DNA of 64,000 nucleotides from Macrostomum lignano (lineage: Eukaryota): contig NIVC01000551.1 of the NCBI GenBank assembly GCA_002269645.1, forward strand, positions 434,001 through 498,000, given 5' to 3'. Below are positions 51,901 through 62,943 of the stretch, one piece after another. Each line of letters begins with the position of its first letter. Positions within the stretch are counted from its first letter, which is position 1. The position numbers and the translations under genes are program-made. The notes below the pieces were generated by a model. The model ran no database searches, was not told where the DNA came from, and saw nothing but the letters and a program-made list of their open reading frames with translations.

Positions 51901-54900
51901 AAGGCTGAAACATTTTAAGATCCTGGTGCACGATCGCTTAAGTCTGGTTTGCGCTTGCGTGCAAAGTGGCTTCATTCTTTTTTTTATTTGAACTCAAGAA
52001 AACTGCTTTAAGGAGATTGTCGAAGACAGAAAATCTGATGCAAAAAAACTTTAGTTTCATATACAAATTTTTTTAGGTCTAAGATTGTGGTAAAACCCTA
52101 TTTTGATTCAATGCTTTCTGTGAGATTCCTGATATGCAACGCCAACTTCTAGTTCTAGTGGTCCTTGGCCCTAAGGATGAGAAAGTCAGGGCGGCTCTGC
52201 ACCCTGTGTGAGCGTGTGTCTGGGTACATGTCTCGTCGCCTCCTCGCTCTTGCTTGCTTGCGTCTTCTTGCGACTAAAGGAACTCGCACCTCACCCATTC
52301 CCTCGCACCCGTCAACCGCCGCAGAGCTGTACTCAGTGAACCCCAGCTCGGTCAGCTACTCAGCCAACGAGTCGGCCATCAGCGTGACCTGGGACGCCTC
52401 AGCCACCGGTGCTGGAGTTCACCACCAGCTGCGCTGCCTCAGTGGCTCAAACGGCTCAGTCGTGATCAGAAATGTCACCTCGCCTGAGCAGCGGCTCAGC
52501 GCCACCTGCGACTCCCTGCAGTCGGGCTCGGAGTTCAGCCTGCAGATTTTCGTGCTGAAGGTGGGCGGCTTCAAGCCCGCATTGGCGAAGGTGGGACAGC
52601 TGCTCACCTGTGAGTCTCGGGCGATAATTGAAATAATCGATGTTTTATAGATGCCTGGTATCGTTTAAAGTGCATTAATTAGTGGGATCGCACTTTTTCA
52701 GATTTTCGGCACGAAACTTTAGAATATGTAGTCTAGTACAGCCGCCCCCGGGGTAAGAGGCTTAATTAGGCTTTAAACAGATTATAATTTCACCGTGTAA
52801 AACAAAAATATTCATCTGGCATCTCTGCATTCTAAGCACGTATTTCATGGCATTATTTTCTTCAGATGGTTTTCTCAACGAATTTCGTACTGTCACTCAG
52901 CTCACAGTGTTACTCAGCTCACAGTGTCACTCAGCTCACAGTGTCACTCAGCTCACAGTGTCACTCAGCTCACAGTGTCACTCAGCTCACAGTGTCACTC
53001 AGCTCACAGTGTCACTCAGCTCACAGTGTCACTCAGCTCACAGTGTCACTCAGCTCACAGTGTCACTCAGCTCACAGTGTCACTCAGCTCACAGTGTCAC
53101 TCAGCTCACAGTGTCACTCAGCTCACAGTGTCACTCAGCTCACAGTGTCACTCAGCTCACAGTGTCACTCAGCTCACAGTGTCACTCAGCTCACAGTGTC
53201 ACTCAGCTCACAGTGTCACTCAGCTCACAGTGTCACTCAGCTCACAGTGTCACTCAGCTCACAGTGTCACTCAGCTCACAGTGTCACTCAGCTCACAGTG
53301 TCACTCAGCTCACAGTGTCACTCAGCTCACAGTGTCACTCAGCTCACAGTGTCACTCAGCTCACAGTGTCACTCAGCTCACAGTGTCACTCAGCTCACAG
53401 TGTCACTCAGCTCACAGTGTCACTCAGCTCACAGTGTCACTCAGCTCACAGTGTCACTCAGCTCACAGTGTCACTCAGCTCACAGTGTCACTCAGCTCAC
53501 AGTGTCACTCAGCTCACAGTGTCACTCAGCTCACAGTGTCACTCAGCTCACAGTGTCACTCAGCTCACAGTGTCACTCAGCTCACAGTGTCACTCAGCTC
53601 ACAGTGTCACTCAGCTCACAGTGTCACTCAGCTCACAGTGTCACTCAGCTCACAGTGTCACTCAGCTCACAGTGTCACTCAGCTCACAGTGTCACTCAGC
53701 TCACAGTGTCACTCAGCTCACAGTGTCACTCAGCTCACAGTGTCACTCAGCTCACAGTGTCACTCAGCTCACAGTGTCACTCAGCTCACAGTGTCACTCA
53801 GCTCACAGTGTCACTCAGCTCACAGTGTCACTCAGCTCACAGTGTCACTCAGCTCACAGTGTCACTCAGCTCACAGTGTCACTCAGCTCACAGTGTCACT
53901 CAGCTCACAGTGTCACTCAGCTCACAGTGTCACTCAGCTCACAGTGTCACTCAGCTCACAGTGTCACTCAGCTCACAGTGTCACTCAGCTCACAGTGTCA
54001 CTCAGCTCACAGTGTCACTCAGCTCACAGTGTCACTCCGCTCAATCTCAATCCCCATCTCCCCGCCCTCCCCAGGGCCGCAGCTCAGCGCCGACCCCGCC
54101 AGCCGACCCTCAGCCGCTGCCGCGGAGTCGCAGCCGAGCGAGTCGCAGCCCGCTGAGGCGGTGCTGCTGCTCAACTGGACGTCCAGTGCTGCCGAGGGCG
54201 CCGACCTGCTGCAGTTCCGCGTGAGCAGCGCCTCGAAGCCCGACTTGCTGAGGGAGGCTGCGTTCATCTCGATGAGGCTGCTGCTGAGCCTGGCGGAGGC
54301 GGAGCTGCTCTCGCTGAAGCTGACAGTGGCGGTGACTGCCGTGGCCAACAAATCCGGGCTGAGGCAGGAGAGCTCGGAGATCGTCATTGCTGAGCAGCTG
54401 CAGATGCGTGAGTTCAGCTCAGAGTCTTTGTTGTGAGTGAGTGTTGGTTCTGAGTGAGTGTTGGTTCTGAGTGAGTCTTGGTTCTGAGTGAGTGTTGGTT
54501 CTGAGTGAGTGTTGGTTCTGAGTGAGTGTTGGTTCTGAGTGATTGTTGGTTCTGAGTGAGTGTTGGTTGTGTGAGAGTATTGGTTTCGAGTGAGTCTTGG
54601 TTCTGAGTGAGTCTTGGTTCTGAGTGATTGTTGGTTCTGAGTGAGTTTTGGTTGTGTGAGAGTATTGGCTTCGAGTGAGTCTTGGTTCTGAGTGAGTATT
54701 GGTTTCGAGTGAGTCTTGGTTCTGAGTGAGTCTTGGTTCTGAGTGAGTGTTGGTTCTGAGTGAGTGTTGGTTCTGAGTGAGTCTTTGTTCTGAGTGAGTG
54801 TTGGTTCTGAGTGAGTGTTGGTTCTGAGTGAGTGTTGGTTCTGAGTGAATGTTGGTTCTGAGTGAGTCTTGGTTCTGAGTGAGTCTTGGTTCTGAGTGAA

Positions 54901-57900
54901 TCTTGGTTCTGAGTGAGTCTTTGTTCTGAGTGAGTCTTGGTTCTGAGTGAGTGTTGGTTCTGAGTGAGTCTTGGTTCTGAGTGAGTCTTGGTTCTGAGTG
55001 AGTCTTTGTTCTGAGTGAGTCTTGGTTCTGAGCCCCGTTTCCCCGCTGCCGTCCCGCAGCGCCCGGCCGCCCTTCGGTGTCGCTGCTGCCGGACAGGCGC
55101 GCCGTCGAGGTGTCGCTGACTGCCAGCTCTGGCTCCGAGCTGCTGACAGCGGCCGCCCACGCAGACAGCGGGAGCTTCGCTGCTGCTACCAACAGCTGCC
55201 GCCCGGACTCCGGCAGGTGCACCGTGGCTCTGCAGCCGCTGAGGCCGTTCACCAACTACTCGGTGGAGGCGGTCGCCGAGCTATCGGGCCTGGCCTCGCT
55301 GCCCCAGAGGTCGGAGGTTCAAACGCTGGAGGACGCGCCGTCGCAGCCGCAGTCGGTGAGGCTGGACGATGCGTCATCGCAGTTGCTTTGCATCTGGCGG
55401 GCTCCCAGCGAGCCGAACGGCGTCATCCGCAACTACTCGGTGGCCTGGGGCTCGCTGAGCTTCCCGGACGGCGCTGAGATTCGCGTCGGAGCCGAGGTGA
55501 CAGCGGCCGACACGACCTTCCTGCCGCTCGAGCCGCCGCCGCTGCCGGCCCACGTCGGCTTCTGCCGCGTCAGCGCCTGCACGGGCGGCGGCTGCAGCCG
55601 CGGCAGCGACAGGGCGGAGCGGCGGCTGCCCGACGGCGAGGCGCCCGCGGTGTCCGGCGGCCTACAGCCGCTGGCGGTCCCTGGCGGTCCCGTCCGCCTC
55701 AGCTGGAAGCCGCTCAGCCCCGAGCTCGGCCGGGGCGTCGTGTTCGAGTTCGAGCTGCGACTGGACGGTCCGGGCGGCTGCGCGGCGGCCCGGCGGCTGA
55801 ACTGCTCCGACTGCGGCCGCCACCGCCTCCAGCTGCAGTCGGAGGAGGCCCGGCAGCGGCTCGAGGCCCTCACGGCCGACTGCTCAGCGCCGGTGCTCGT
55901 GCGGACCTTTGAGTTCGGCGACGCCTCGCTGTCCGCGGAGGTCGCCGTTAGCTCCGAGGGCGCCTCGCCGAGCTCGCTGCTGCCCTGGACCGAGTACGGC
56001 GCCTCGCTGTGGCCGGTGAACCTTGCGGGGCCCGGCGCCGCCGCCTCCGCCTCCTTCCGCAGCCCGGAGACTCGCAGCGGCGCCGTCGGCGGCCTGCGGG
56101 CGACGCCCTCGGAGGCGGAGGCGCTGGTGGAGTTCGAGGAGCCGCGGCTGCCAAACGGCCTGCTGCAGGCGTTCGCTGTGCAGGTGAGGCCGCCTGCGAC
56201 TGGGAGCCCCATTGCGAGGCATGAGAGGGACTGAAGGGACACCGGAGGCACTGAAGGGACAGCGGAGGCACTGAAGGGGCAGCGGAGGCACTGAAGGGAC
56301 AGCGGAGGCACTGAAGGGACAGCGGAGGGACTGAAGGGGCAGCGGAGGGACTGAAGGGACAGCGGAGGAACCCATGGACAGGAAGTGACTGATGACTCAA
56401 TGCAGTGACCTAAGTGGCATTGTCAAGCACATTATTCTGATGCTAAAAGCTACCCAGTGGCAAATATTAGCGAATATTTTCATAGACCCTGTGCTCACTC
56501 AGAGTTTCAGTCCTGACTCGCCTTCTGTTGAGATTCTCACACAGTCGGCACGATGCTCTGGGTTGGCCAGATTTTGTTTGTGTGGAGTTGGCGAATCGAT
56601 AAGAAAGCAGCAGTGCGCATGCAGAGCTATCTAAACTGCATGCCAGTATCCGGGTTATTTTTATTCCTTATGCAGCAACCGCTATAATTGAGTGTACATA
56701 TTTAGTGCTATGCTTATGGTTGATAACAGGGTAGATTATGATAGCTTTGGAGGACTTGACTGACTGTGCATTGCCTCTCTCGCTGGGCCTCTCATTATCT
56801 ATTTTTTCCAAAAGCCTGCAGGTGGAAAGTTAATCTGATATAAGTACATGCTGATATATATATTTTCTATACGAACTACTTATAGCCATATCTGATTGAT
56901 TAATATTTTTTATTCGTGATGGGGAGAGTGAAGGGGAGAGTGATAGGGAAAGTGAAGGGGAGAGTGATGGGGAGAGTGAAGGGGAGAGTGAAGGGGAGAG
57001 GGATGGGGAGAGTGATGGGGAGAGTGATAGGGAGGGTGATGGGGAGAGTGATGAATAGAGTGATGGGGAGAGTGATGGGGAGAGTGAAGGGGAGAGTGAA
57101 GGGGAGAGTGATGGGGAGAGTGATAGGGAGGGTGATGGGGAGAGTGATGAATAGAGTGATGGGGAGAGTGGTTGGTAGAGTGATGGGGAGTGTGATGGGG
57201 AGATTGGAGAGTGATGAGCGTGATAGAGAAAGTGATGGGAAGAGTGATGAAGAGAGTGATGGAGAGAGTGATGAGGTGGTAAGTGATGAGGAGACTGATA
57301 GGGAGAGTGATAGAGAGTGTGATGGCGAGAGTGATGGCGAGAGTGATGGCGAGAGTGATGGCGAGAGTGATGGCGAGAGTGATGGGGGAGAGTGTGAGAG
57401 TGATGGAGATACAGAGGAGGGAACTGTTAGAGCTGAGCCGTTTAGTCAAACGCAGTCATGAAAACTCAAACTGCAGCTAAAAGCTCCATAGAGGTGTTCC
57501 AGCAGCCCCAAGTTGCATCCAGCTTGAAACTGCAGCTGCCAATGTCAGTCACTGGACAGCCAAATCTCCCCCAACTCCCCAGGTGCTGAACTCATCCTCA
57601 GGCTGCTCCCAGATGCTGGTGCTGAACTCAAGCTCAGCTCCCGGCTGCCAGCTGCTCAACTGCAGCACCAATGAGCTGCTGAATGAACTCGCTGCTGAGT
57701 GCGGCTCCGCTCCCACGGTTGCTATGCCGACTGGTGACCCTAGCAACGGCTTCACCCGTCACACAGTGAGGCTGGAACACCTGCAGCCAGGCTCAGAGTA
57801 CTCAGTGAAGGTGATTGCCGTGAGCCAGACTCTCACAGGAACTCCAGCTCAGGTCAAATTCACCACAACTGGAGGCGGAGGCGGCGGCTCGATGACCATC

Positions 57901-59144
57901 GTGGTGGCGGTTGCGGTGTCGGTGCTGGTTGCCATGGCGATTGCGGCTGGCCTGTTGGGCTTGTTGTGGTACCGCAGGCGCAGCAGGTTCGGCTTGTCGT
58001 GACTTTTGATTGGATTCCACTGACTGGAAATCCCCTGACCGGGATTCTCCCTGCTGGGATTTCCCTTACTGGGATTCCCCTGACCGGAATTTCCCTGCTG
58101 GGATTTCTACTGTCTGGGATTCCCCTGTCTGGGATTCCCCTGACATGGATTCCCCTGACATGGGTTCCCCTGATAGGGATTTCTCTGACTGGGGCCTTTC
58201 ATAACTGGGATTCCCTGAGGAGGCCAGCAAGCAAGCCCTTCCACCTGATACCACTGTCGTTAGTAGTAAGTTTGAGTGTGCAAAATTTGATGAAACAATT
58301 TTATTTTGTAGTCGATAAAAAATAAAACACCAAGGAATCCCATTGAGGAAGGCCATGTTTAACCTGTTGTGGAAACCAATCCCTGATTTTTGCTAACTGT
58401 GGCTTTCATTTAACCAGTTTAATTGCGAAAAGTTCCATTTTTCAAAAACTTTTCCAGACGTACCGACCAGAATCAACAGTCGACATCCATGGAGCGAATT
58501 TCGAAAGGATTGTCCAACCAAGGACTTCAAAAGGAACGTCGGTCAGGAGACTCGTTGAAAAATGATTCAAACCCTGTGTAAGTTTTGACAGTTTTGTGTT
58601 AGCACCTAATGGACCATTGACCAGTTCTGTATAATCTTTATATTGTAGGTTTCCTGGAAAATATCATAAAGTTTAGAACCCTCCGCACATGTATGTTATC
58701 AGCATCACCCACACCATCACCCACCCCATCAACCACCCCATCACCCACCCTATCTCACCAAATCACCCACCCCATCACTCACCCCATCACCCAACTCATC
58801 ACCCATCCCATCACCCACCCAATCACCCACCCATCACTCACCCCATTACCCACCCCATCACCCACCCCATCACTCACCCCATCACTCACCCCATCACCCA
58901 CCTCATCACTCACCCCATCTCACCAAATCACCCACCCAATCACCCACCCCATCACCCAATCACCCACCCCATCACCCAATCATCATCCATCACTCCATCA
59001 TACTGCAGGTCTCAGCAGTCATCAGGTGACACCAGCAGCACCTCAGCGAGAGCCAGTGTCCATGAATATGCCATTGTGGTGACACCAGCTGTTCCCACAA
59101 GCTCAGAATATGTGGAAGTTGTCGGCACAAAGGATGGTGCTTAA
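45930..59144 (+). CDS. Gene 4: long, divergent FN3-repeat receptor (about 11 FN3). Exons 45930-46335, 46611-46850, 47389-47658, 48309-48575, 51216-51488, (51567-51617 optional), 52325-52609, 54075-54407, 55060-56183, 57583-57986, 58458-58577, 59009-59144
   Basis: Signal peptide as in genes 1-3. Additional FN3 exons, including TLEDAPSQPQSVRL...IWRAPSEPNGVIRNYSVAW. TM helix IVVAVAVSVLVAMAIAAGLLGLLW followed by YRRRS. An open 120-bp phase-2/2 exon, then tail VHEYAIVVTPAVPTSSEYVEVVGTKDGA*. Splice phases are consistent throughout. Confidence 0.8.
48841..48958. other. Small inverted-repeat element (MITE-like), 19-bp arms
   Basis: CCTGCACAGCAGGCCATAC pairs with GTATGGCCTGCGGTGCAGG with one mismatch. 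No TSD was identified. Confidence 0.5.
49090..50990 (-). mobile_element. Degenerate Ty1/Copia LTR retrotransposon pol remnant
   Basis: Minus-strand motifs occur in Copia order. Pre-integrase/integrase: CKACVEGKMDRTP...IYSDLCGPMQ and HLRVFGCVAYAH...FIGYS. [30 protein letters not shown]. RNase H: PVSWSSKKQ. There are many stops and deletions, and LTRs were not identified. Confidence 0.9.
50603..50816 (-). mobile_element. SINE or 5'-truncated LINE (214 bp) nested in the Copia remnant
   Basis: (GTT)n tail at the left end and a 9-bp TSD AATTAGTGA at 50594-50602 and 50817-50825. The insert is absent from the paralog near position 230. Confidence 0.8.
52890..54036. repeat. 17-bp minisatellite (TCACTCAGCTCACAGTG)n, about 67 copies, intronic
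   Basis: Perfect tandem array that ends about 40 bp before the acceptor at 54074. Confidence 0.98.
54432..55032. repeat. 17-bp minisatellite (GGTTCTGAGTGAGTSTT)n, intronic
   Basis: Fills nearly all of intron 54408-55059. Confidence 0.95.
56225..56368. repeat. 20-bp minisatellite (GGGACAGCGGAGGCACTGAA)n
   Basis: About 7 tandem copies. Confidence 0.9.
56916..57410. repeat. Purine-rich 12-bp repeat (GAGAGTGATGGG)n
   Basis: Degenerate tandem array. Confidence 0.9.
58010..58215. repeat. Degenerate 15-bp repeat (GGGATTCCCCTGACT-like)
   Basis: Tandem array just after the TM exon donor. Confidence 0.8.
58703..59000. repeat. 12-bp repeat (CCATCACCCACC)n
   Basis: Tandem array that abuts the last-exon acceptor at 59008. 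Confidence 0.88.
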
Positions 59145-59824
59145 TACTTAGCCACGTGACTGGTTGGCTTTTGCAAATTTGAACTTAAAAAGCGTCTATT
59201 GCTACTGATAAAGTCCGATAGTGTACACTAGAAGTAGTTTGACGTGCTTTTTACTCACAAATTCTTTAAGAGATTAAAGAAAATCAAACTCAATTTTTTT
59301 CGATTTATTTGTTTAAATGATTGTCCTATGTTTCCATGAAAGAACCTAAGCATAACTGAGCCTTTTAATCTCATCACTAATAACCAAAACCATTTTTATG
59401 TAAAATAATTGATAACTGTTGTTTGTTCAAGTCTAACGTTAATAATAAAATTTCATTAGACTGTGCACTCAATTAAAGATTTGTTTTAAGTAGGAAATTC
59501 GCCGGAAGAAACCAAAGAAAAGCAAATATTTTTTCAAAATTCCTGTAAAGGAGTCTAGGATCATATTTAGAAAGTTGCAATGCTGAAAATGTAGCTTCAG
59601 GCAGTGACAGTTCCGCCTTGGTCTAGCAGGTATTGATGATGGTGTATCAAACATGAAACTCTAAGAAAAAAGATTGATTCTGGGGAATATTTTCCTGTTA
59701 ACAGATTTCCTACGTTACGTTTTGTACTATAAGTTGCTGTGGTTACGAGCTGAGCCATGCATTCTCTTCCTAAAATAATGTTTTTGTGTTGTGTTTTCTT
59801 GTGAATTTTGTGACGACGGAGCGT

Positions 59825-60330
59825 GTAGAGTAGATGAAGTAGATAGGGTAGATATGGAAGAGTAGATAAAGTAGATAAAGTAGAGATGGAAGAGTAGCTA
59901 AAGTAAACAGGGTAGAGATGGAAGAGTAGATAAAGTAGATAGGGTAGAGATGGAATAGTAGATTAAGTAGACAGGGTAGAGATGGAAGAGTAGATAAAGT
60001 AGATAGGGTAGATATGGAAGAGTAGATAAAGTAGACAGGGTACAGATGAAAAAGTTGATAAAGTAGACAGGGTAGATATGGAAGAGTAGCTAAAGTAGAC
60101 AGGGTAGAGATGGAAGAGTAGATAAAGTAGATAGGGTAGAGATGGTAGAGTAGATAAAGTTGACACGGTAGAGATGGAAGAGTAGATAAAGTTGACACGG
60201 TAGAGATGGAAGAGTAGATAAAGTTGACACGGTAGAGATGGAAGAGTAGATAAAGTAGACAGGGTAGAGATGGAAGAGTAGATAAAGTAGACAGGGTAGA
60301 GACGTTAGAGTAGATAAAGTAGACAGGTGG
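59825..60330. repeat. 32-bp minisatellite (GTAGAGATGGAAGAGTAGATAAAGTAGACAGG)n
   Basis: Tandem array. Confidence 0.92.
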
Positions 60331-61321
60331 AGATGTAAAAGAAGATAACACATCCATATACTAAAAATGGTCTGTCGGTATCTTAGGCTTCTATAAATAG
60401 ATAAAATATCTGCTCTAAGAAGGTTTCATTTTTTTCAAGAGATGAGTTAAGCCTCGGTGTTAGCAAAATGTCAATAATTTGTTACCCGAAATAAGAAAAA
60501 TGAGCATTTATTAACTATAGAGAACTGCTTGAACTTGTTCGCCAATGAAAGGTGCAATTAATAATTGCTGCGTGCACCAGGCAGAAATGTCTACACATAA
60601 ATAATTTATAATTATATAGCTTCGTGGAACTTCAGTCCAAAGAGAGACTCATTCGAGGTCGCGCGTGATGTTCGCGCGTGTTTTCATCATTGTTTTGCAC
60701 CAGGGCTTATTATAGCCGCACAGGTAAAAAGGTATTGGAATTTGCCTATACATGGACAGTCACCACATGCACTGGGGAAGCGTCTCCCTGCACGCGTTCG
60801 TGTCCGAGTGTCCGCGTTTTCGCCTGTGTCCTACATGTAAGTGCAGCCACGTGTGTAGAGCGCGGCAAAGGCAAAAAAGACAAAAACAAAACGCTGCTGA
60901 AGGCTCTCCTCAACTGATCGAATCCCGGTGCAGATCCCACAGCTACTAAAGACACGTCTGAATCCCAGCAAAGGAATTGGGAATCCGATGCAATGCGCTC
61001 AGATGAAGTCCAGATGCAGGGGGAGGCAGACAGAGAGTGAATCTGCATGCCAATCTGCTTTAATGGAGAATTAATTCCCTGTTCGAGTCCAGCTTATAGC
61101 TAAGACATTGCCGTCATGCGGGTAGCAACTTGAGCAGACGAGGATGAGTAATCTTCAGTTAAGTCTTCTTTAAAGCTCGACAAAGTCGCCTCCCAAAACA
61201 GTTTTTCTGTTGGCTTGATTGAATGGCCTGATTTGCGTCAGCTGTAGGCGAGGGTGCCAAGCAAATCTCTGTAAATGCATTTGAACAGGGAGCCTTCTGA
61301 TGGTCATTAGCGAGCTTAGCG

Positions 61322-62255
61322 AGTTTCATTGTTTACAATCTCTGTTGCATTGTTTACAATCTTCGTTTCCTTGTTTACAATCTCTGTTCCATTGTTTACA
61401 ATCTTCATTTCCTTGTTTACAATCTCTGTTTCATTGTTTACAATCTCTGTTGCATTGTTTACAATCTCTGTTGCATTGTTTACAATCTCTGTTCCATTGT
61501 TTACAATCTTCATTTCCTTGTTTACAATCTCTGTTCCATTGTTTACAATCTTCATTTCATTGTTTAAAATCCATGTTCCATTGTTTACAATCTCTGTTCC
61601 ATTGTTTACAATCTTCATTTCATTGTTTAAAATCTCTGTTCCATTGTTTACAATCTTCATTTCATTATTGTTTAAAATCTCTGTTCCATTGTTTACAATC
61701 TTCATTTCATTGTTTAAAATCTCTGTTCCATTGTTTACAATCTTCATTTCCTTGTTTACAATCTCTGTTCCATTGTTTACAATCTTCATTTCATTGTTTA
61801 AAATCTCTGTTCCATTGTTTACAATCTCTGTTCCATTGTTTACAATCTTCATTTTCTTGTTTACAATCTCTGTTCCATTGTTTACAATCTTCATTTCATT
61901 GTTTACAATCTATGTTCCATTGTTTACAATCTCTGTTCTATTGTTTACAATCTCTGTTCCATTGTTTACAATCTTCATTTCATTGTTTAAAATCTCTGTT
62001 CCATTGTTTACAATCTTCATTTCCTTGTTTACAATCTCTGTTCCATTGTTTACAATCTTCATTTCATTGTTTAAAATCTCTGTTCCATTGTTTACAATCT
62101 CTGTTCCATTGTTTACAATCTTCATTTTCTTGTTTACAATCTCTGTTCCATTGTTTACAATCTTCATTTCATTGTTTACAATCTATGTTCCATTGTTTAC
62201 AATCTCTGTTCTATTGTTTACAATCTCTGTTCCATTGTTTACAACCTCTGTTTCA
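61322..62255. repeat. 21-bp minisatellite (TTCCATTGTTTACAATCTCTG and variants)
   Basis: Tandem array with alternating variant units. Confidence 0.95.
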
Positions 62256-62482
62256 CTTTATACAATCACGGATATATTTTTTACGGATCCTTGTTTATCC
62301 ATAAATTCGCTTTATAAAAATCATAACTGTAATTTTCACAATTCAGAACCAGCATTTAGTAAGCAAAATTAACCAAAAGATTAACCATGCTCAGACCTCA
62401 CCTGCTAATTAAATTATGGGGCTTTGAAAAACTGGCACACTTTGAAAAAAATAAATTTTTCAAAAGTTTTTAAAGCAATTTT

Positions 62483-62484
<2 letters not shown>

Positions 62485-62523
<39 letters not shown>
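62485..62523. repeat. (GA)n microsatellite
   Basis: Seen directly in the sequence. Confidence 0.97.
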
Positions 62524-62525
<2 letters not shown>

Positions 62526-62943
62526 GTTCGCCTACAGCCGCCTGCATCCCCATTTCCCAATGAGGTTCCGCCCCCCATCTCCTATTACTCATCCTCTTCT
62601 GCTCACCTCTTTTTCCCCGCCTTCTTCTTTCCTTCGCCCCCCCCCCCGGCCATTCCAGTTTGTTCCGACGTTCCGGGCACTCCTGACTGGCCTGGCAGGT
62701 CTTCCCCGGCAACCCCCCCCCCCCCTGCGCCTTCCCAGTCGTCGACCACGGGCTGAGCAGGTGGCGGCATGGGTTTATAAATGAGGCAAGCGATGCGGAA
62801 TAACTATCTAGATTACACCCAGGAGCTGCAAAGTCTGACTGACTCTTCCAGCTAACTCTCACTCCCTAGCGCCCTGCCTCATCGAGAGTTACCCAGGGTC
62901 CAAGCCTAGGTTTTAAAGTGCACAGTAAACAGCACGATCCGTC

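Noticed and set aside
52847-54036. 400-500-aa ORFs with a 17-aa period, and a possible CRISPR array
   Set aside because: It is a perfect 17-bp tandem repeat with no spacers, there are no cas genes, and the context is a eukaryotic intron.
45930-59144. Calling the genes receptor tyrosine phosphatases, Dscam, ROS/Sevenless or Usherin
   Set aside because: There are no PTP, kinase, Ig or laminin domains, and the tails end in a stop after a short Tyr-motif segment, so no gene symbol is assigned.
59770-62372. Long hydrophobic or Cys-Leu-Gln repetitive ORFs
   Set aside because: Artefacts of the 32-bp and 21-bp minisatellites, open in several frames.
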